Shown here: positions 59,145 through 64,000 of the stretch, in pieces
Numbering within the stretch: the stretch's first letter is position 1
Layout: the number at the start of each line of letters is the position of its first letter
DNA from: Dehalococcoidia bacterium
Lineage (GTDB): Bacteria; Chloroflexota; Dehalococcoidia; UBA6926
Length of the DNA stretch: 64,000 nucleotides
Assembly (NCBI GenBank): GCA_963666115.2
Contig: CAXXET010000006.1
Location: 352,001 to 416,000 of the forward strand
Direction: 5' to 3'
Program-made: the position numbers and the translations under genes
Notes under the pieces: model-generated
What the model was told of the DNA's origin: nothing
Seen by the model: only the letters and a program-made list of their open reading frames with translations
The model's database searches: none

Positions 59145-60311
59145 CTACGACGGTATCTCCGTCGCAAGCACAAGCGACGACATGTCGCTTATGTATCCCC
59201 GTCAAGTGTTCACGAACGCCACGTCGTGCTTCGGAACCTGGTGATTCTCCGCCCGCCCCATGAGTTGCCGCACGGCCTCCACAACCTGCGTCGTGCCGGC
59301 CGTGGACTGCCCGTTGGATAGCTGCCCGCCGCCCGTATTCACGGGGAAGTCGCCCTTCCACGTCGTGTCATGCTCCGCGTAGAACGGCCCGGACTCGCCC
59401 TTCGGGAAGAACCCGGAATCCTCCAGCGTGACCATCACCGTGATCGTGTAGCAGTCATAAATCTGGGCCATGTCCATGTCGTGCGGCCCAAGCCCCGCCA
59501 TGCGAAACGCGTCCCTGGCCGACACGACCGCAGGCGACGTGGTGATGCGGTCAACCCAGTCCACGCCGTGCTCGGCGCGGAGATTGTGGTGAGCCGCCCC
59601 AAGCAGGTACACGGGCGGGTTGCGCAGCATCCTGGCCCTCTCTGGCGTGGTGACGATGGTTGCCGCCGCGCCCTGGGCGGGCATAACACACTCCAACAAG
59701 TGCAGAGGATCGGCCACAAGGCGTGAGTTCAAAATATCTTCCTCGTTGGCGGGTTGGCCGTTGAAGAAGGCGTTTTCGTTGCCCTGCGCGTTGAACCGCT
59801 GGTCCGCCGCCACGCGCGCCCGCTGAAAGTCCGTCGTTCCGTATTCCCACGTATGGCGCCGCGCAATCTGCGCGTACCAGCCGTTCGCCGCGATGACCGG
59901 CCCGTACGGCTCGATGAACTGGGGGTCAACGTGGTCGGTATTCGGCGCGTACATGCCCGGAATCTCTGAGACCGGCCCCGCGCCGTTGATGCAGAGAACC
60001 GTGTCCGCGTAGCCGGCGTGGATGGCGGCTGCCGCGACGGAGATGAACGTAGCGGCGTTCTCGTTGAGGGCGGTCGCGAAGTTCGGCTGAACGCCGATGT
60101 ACTCGGCGAAGTCATACGCGAAGCCGAGGCTCGGCAGGCCGAACGGCGGCTCGGCGATGATGCCGTTGATGTCTTCCTTGCGGATTCCCGCGTCCACGAT
60201 GGCCTTTGCCGTCGCCTCCGCGTACATCCCCATGAAATGGCGGCCGGCATATGAGCGGCGATGCTGTAGCTCGCTAAACCCAACGATGGCAGCCTTGCCC
60301 CGAATACTCAT
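59145..60311 (-). CDS. Thiolase-family (SCP-x-like) protein with in-frame TGA at 59204-59202
   Basis: AAIVGFSE, PLHLLECVMP, QIYDCYT, VNTGGGQLS, EAVRQLMG. After the TGA the frame continues RGYISDMSSLVLATEIPS. Confidence 0.8.
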
Positions 60312-60409
60312 CTCGCTTCTCCTAAGCCGCGCCCCGCGTTTCGCGCGCGAAGCGCGCCCTCAACCGACGTATCCGCTAAAGCGTATAGTGCGCTCCTCGT
60401 CCGCCCCTG

Positions 60410-61714
60410 TCAACGTACCTCGCGGCGCGTCATCTTGTACCCCTCTCGGTAGGCCCTGCGCGGCAGGGCGATAAAAGCCCGTCTTTGCCGCCCGCTGAAC
60501 ACGAGGATAAGCACAACGACGCCGAAATAGATGAATGAGAAGACAAGCCGGACAGCCGCCAGCGGCAGGACCAGCTGCGCCGTGAACAGCACGAAGAGCG
60601 CAAGCGCGCCCCGCGGGCCAAGATGCAGTGTCGCAAGCAGGACAACGGCGAACAGTGACTGCGCGGCGGTCAGCAATACCTCCTGCGCCTGGCGGTCGTC
60701 CAGCGGGAGGGCCGCCGGGCTTCCAACGGAGGCCGAATAGACGATCGGCAAGCTGCCCACCAGCAGCGACCACTGGTTGACCTTTGCCGATACGAGCAGG
60801 CCGAGCGCCGAGGATGAATCGCCCCGTATCGCAAAGATGCACGCAACGACGATTTCCGGCGCTTCCGACGCGAGCGGCGCAACCCACTGGATCAGCAGGA
60901 ACTCGTCGATTCCAATGCTCTTGCCCGTCTCGATCATGCCCTCGGCAAACGGCTCAGCCGACAGAAAGATGACGGCTGCGGAGAAGACGAACGATACCAG
61001 CACGACCGCGCGCCGGCGCTCAGGCGTCAGGCTGCCAATCAGCGCCGCCGGGCCCACCAGTTCCGGCTCCACCACTGCCGCCCGCGAACTGACGTACATG
61101 TACGTCACAAACAGCCCGATGAGCGCCACCGCGTCCAGGAGGTCGATCTGCCCCTTGAGCGGGATCGTGAACGCGTAAATCGTCGCAGCGGCCAGGAACG
61201 TAAGCTCGATGGTCTGGCTCTTGTTTAGCCGGACGCGGCTGTACCGGTGTTCCAGGAAACCGGCGCGCATTTCCTCTCGCTGCCGCCGTATCCGCCGCAG
61301 CCCCTTGAACCAGACGATCCCCACGATCAGCGGCCATGCAAGGCCGATCAGCAAACGATTCGCCCCCGTCATGTTCGCGACTGCATACCCCGCGTATTCA
61401 GGGTCCGTGCCCGCCTTCCAGACGAGGCTGAAATCGACGGCGTACTCCGGCAGCACCGTGATGATCGCCACCAGCGCAAGCGCCAGCCCGTGCGATATAT
61501 CATGTTGGAACGCCTCCGCCGCCCATGACAGCAGGAATGCGGCGCTGAGGATGCCGAGGCCGTAGATGAACGAGTTGGCAAGCGGGTGAACGTGCGTGCC
61601 CTGCGTCTGGCCCAGCGTGAAGAGAACAATAGCGGGAACCGTGCCGGCGATGGCGGCAGCAATGAATAGTCGATTCCGGTCTGAGACAAGTGACACGGCG
61701 ATGCCGCCACACAT
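60410..61714 (-). CDS. Sodium/calcium (CaCA) antiporter family protein
   Basis: Alpha repeats ITVLPEYAVD...ANMTGAN and PLASEAPE...SAKVNQ. Start may be GTG 61696. Confidence 0.85.
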   Translation of the reverse strand: MCGGIAVSLVSDRNRLFIAAAIAGTVPAIVLFTLGQTQGTHVHPLANSFIYGLGILSAAFLLSWAAEAFQHDISHGLALALVAIITVLPEYAVDFSLVWKAGTDPEYAGYAVANMTGANRLLIGLAWPLIVGIVWFKGLRRIRRQREEMRAGFLEHRYSRVRLNKSQTIELTFLAAATIYAFTIPLKGQIDLLDAVALIGLFVTYMYVSSRAAVVEPELVGPAALIGSLTPERRRAVVLVSFVFSAAVIFLSAEPFAEGMIETGKSIGIDEFLLIQWVAPLASEAPEIVVACIFAIRGDSSSALGLLVSAKVNQWSLLVGSLPIVYSASVGSPAALPLDDRQAQEVLLTAAQSLFAVVLLATLHLGPRGALALFVLFTAQLVLPLAAVRLVFSFIYFGVVVLILVFSGRQRRAFIALPRRAYREGYKMTRREVR

Positions 61715-61774
61715 TCCTTTCGCCCGCGCTTTGGACTACGACAACGCGCGTCCTATCGGAGTATACTAGTTTCG

Positions 61775-63658
61775 ATGAACCCTCGGATATTTCGCAACAG
61801 CTTCATATGGGTGCTGGTCGCCGTTGCCCTCGTTGCCATCCTCTTTACCCTCCTCCAGAGCTCGGGCGGGCAGGGCAACCAGTCGCTCGGCTGGCTCATT
61901 GACCAGGCCCGGGGCGGCAACATCACGTCCATCGAAGTCTCCAACGACTCCTTAAAGGTGATGACGGTGGACAACCGTGAGGTCACCGTCAACAAGGAGC
62001 CGGACATCTCCGTCTTTGAGATGCTCACCGCCAGCGGTGTTGAGGTTGGCGAGGGCGCGGGGCAGGTGGACCTCCGGCCGCGCGGCAGCAGCGGCCTCGG
62101 CAGCCTGTTCGGCCTCTTCATCAACTTCCTGCCGCTCATCTTCTTTGGCGCAATCCTCATCTTCTTCATGCGGCAGGCGCAGGGCGGCAACAGCCAGGCC
62201 CTCAACTTCGGACGCAGCCGCGCCCGCATGTTCATGGGCAACCGCCCCGCCGTCTCCTTCTCCGATGTTGCCGGTGTCGAAGAGGCCAAGATCGAGCTTG
62301 AAGAGGTTGTCGAGTTCCTCAAGTACCCGGAGAAATTCGCCAGCCTCGGCGCGCGCATCCCGCGCGGCGTCCTCCTCGTCGGCCCCCCGGGCGGCGGCAA
62401 GACCCTCCTTGCCCGCGCGGTGGCGGGAGAGGCCGGCGTGCCGTTCTTCTCCATCAGCGGTTCTGAATTCGTGGAAATGTTCGTCGGCGTCGGCGCAAGC
62501 CGCGTCCGCGACCTCTTTGACCAGGCCAAGCGCAACGCGCCCGCCATCGTCTTTGTCGATGAGATCGACGCCGTCGGACGCCACCGCGGCGCGGGTCTTG
62601 GCGGCGGGCACGATGAGCGGGAGCAGACCCTCAACCAGATCCTCGTTGAGATGGACGGCTTTGACAGCTCCACCAACGTCATCGTCATCGCCGCGACGAA
62701 CCGCCCGGATATTCTCGACCCGGCCCTCCTGCGCCCCGGCCGTTTCGACCGGCGCGTCACCATCGACTTGCCGGACGTTCGGGGGCGAATCGCGATCCTC
62801 GATGTCCACGCCCGCGGCAAGCCCCTCGACCCCGATATCGACATGGAGGTGGTGGCCAAGCAGACGCCCGGATTCAGCGGCGCCGATCTTGCCAACCTTA
62901 TTAATGAGGCCGCGATTCTCGCCGCCCGCCGCGACAAGAAGCTGGTCATGTACGACGAGCTTGCGGAAGCCGTTGACCGCGTCTTTGCCGGGCCGGAGCG
63001 CAAGAGCCGTCTCATTACCGAGCGTGAGAAGCGCACGACCGCCTACCATGAGGCCGGGCACGCCGTCGTCGGTCACCTTGTCCCCAACGCCGATCCCGTG
63101 CAGAAGGTCACCATCGTCGCGCGCGGCATGATGGGCGGCTACACGCGGTTCCTGCCCAGGGAAGAGTCGATGCTGCGCACGCGCTCGCAGTTGCTGGACT
63201 CCATCAAGGCTGCGCTCGGCGGGCGGGCTGCGGAAGACATCGTCTTTGGCGACGTGTCCACCGGCGCGTCCAACGACATTGAGCAGGTCACGCGCATTGC
63301 CCGCAGCATGATCACAACCTACGGGATGAGCGAGAAGCTCGGCCCCCTCACGCTCGGCAAGCGCGAGGAGATGATCTTCCTGGGACGTGAAATCTCCGAG
63401 CAGCGCAACTACGGCGAGCGTGTGGCCGACGTTATCGACCAGGAGGTCAACGACATCGTCTTTGGGTCCTACGACGAGGCCAAGCGCATCATCAACGAGA
63501 ACCGGCATATCCTTGACCGGCTCGCCGAATACCTGATCGTTGAAGAAACGGTGGAGGGCGATGACCTCCAGAAACTCCTCAACGATGAGCCTCTCGATCC
63601 GAAGGATGAGACCGGCGACCCTGCGCCGCCTGATCCCGTCCCCGTTGCAGCCGTATAG
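61775..63658 (+). CDS. ftsH: ATP-dependent zinc metalloprotease FtsH
   Basis: 2 [44 protein letters not shown]. Confidence 0.97.
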   Translation: MNPRIFRNSFIWVLVAVALVAILFTLLQSSGGQGNQSLGWLIDQARGGNITSIEVSNDSLKVMTVDNREVTVNKEPDISVFEMLTASGVEVGEGAGQVDLRPRGSSGLGSLFGLFINFLPLIFFGAILIFFMRQAQGGNSQALNFGRSRARMFMGNRPAVSFSDVAGVEEAKIELEEVVEFLKYPEKFASLGARIPRGVLLVGPPGGGKTLLARAVAGEAGVPFFSISGSEFVEMFVGVGASRVRDLFDQAKRNAPAIVFVDEIDAVGRHRGAGLGGGHDEREQTLNQILVEMDGFDSSTNVIVIAATNRPDILDPALLRPGRFDRRVTIDLPDVRGRIAILDVHARGKPLDPDIDMEVVAKQTPGFSGADLANLINEAAILAARRDKKLVMYDELAEAVDRVFAGPERKSRLITEREKRTTAYHEAGHAVVGHLVPNADPVQKVTIVARGMMGGYTRFLPREESMLRTRSQLLDSIKAALGGRAAEDIVFGDVSTGASNDIEQVTRIARSMITTYGMSEKLGPLTLGKREEMIFLGREISEQRNYGERVADVIDQEVNDIVFGSYDEAKRIINENRHILDRLAEYLIVEETVEGDDLQKLLNDEPLDPKDETGDPAPPDPVPVAAV

Positions 63659-63661
63659 CCC

Positions 63662-64000
63662 GTGCGTGACATCCTTCAGGCCCTCGCCGACGGAGAGATA
63701 ACCACGGACGAGGCCCAACGCCGCCTCAACCTCCACGCAATCCGCGAGGTTGGCGACGTTGCCAATCTCGATTTAGGCCGCATGACCCGAACGGGAAAGC
63801 CGGAGATCGTCCGCTGCGCCGGAAAGAGTGTTGACCAGGCCGTCGAACTCGCGCTCCCATTCCTTGAGGAGCCGGGCGTCGTCGCCCTTTCGACCGCGAC
63901 TGCAAACCATAAGGCAGCCATTCAAGCCGCCCGCCCCGATGCCCGTATTCGCTTTGAACCGTTGGCCGGTATCCTCATTGCCCGCAGCCCGGACAAACCG
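63662..64000 (+). CDS. larB: Nickel-pincer cofactor biosynthesis protein LarB-like (partial, runs off window)
   Basis: Manual translation: MRDILQALADGEITTDEA...ANLDLGRMTRTGKPEIVRCAGKS, matching the LarB N-terminus. Confidence 0.75.
   Translation, partial: MRDILQALADGEITTDEAQRRLNLHAIREVGDVANLDLGRMTRTGKPEIVRCAGKSVDQAVELALPFLEEPGVVALSTATANHKAAIQAARPDARIRFEPLAGILIARSPDKP

Noticed and set aside
58861-59204. Genome-wide UGA reassignment to explain two in-frame TGAs
   Set aside because: Many intact genes end in TGA with coupled overlaps, and prfB retains its CTT-TGA autoregulation.
61753-63736. 427-aa and 594-aa antisense ORFs
   Set aside because: Shadow frames of ftsH.

Overview
High-GC bacterial chromosome segment. 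Gene content (NusA with a long acidic tail and no rimP, ino1/pimA/pgsA-like genes, expanded thiolase/DUF35 pairs, a large FN3 protein) suggests Chloroflexota/Dehalococcoidia (SAR202-like, possibly host-associated); this assignment is an inference. From left to right: (1) a lipid/steroid-type cluster (GPP34-P450 fusion, MMPL/RND transporter, Rieske oxygenase, LprG/P55-like pair); (2) a metal/iron block (ferritin, HTTM protein, imelysin-DHOR-imelysin, DtxR-family repressor, FecBCD-like ABC transporter) with a shared tandem operator; (3) a two-gene CBASS beside tRNA-Arg; (4) tal, pimA-like, ino1 and nusA-ylxR-infB-truB; (5) an FN3 surface protein and a protease-TIR-membrane protein candidate defence cassette; (6) a PhoBR-like two-component system, IscA, the PDH operon, a pgsA-like gene, prfB, nfi and tRNA-Pro; (7) a tandemly duplicated DUF35/thiolase-like operon, an HTH-TPR protein, an IS5-family element inserted in a REP loop, a vWA lipoprotein, a DUF2075 helicase with an in-frame TGA, a thiolase-like gene with an in-frame TGA plus hairpin, a CaCA antiporter, ftsH and partial larB. 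Several homopolymer indels between 44.8 and 48 kb suggest local sequencing error. No CRISPR array or rRNA was seen. All product calls come from motif recognition by eye, not database searches.
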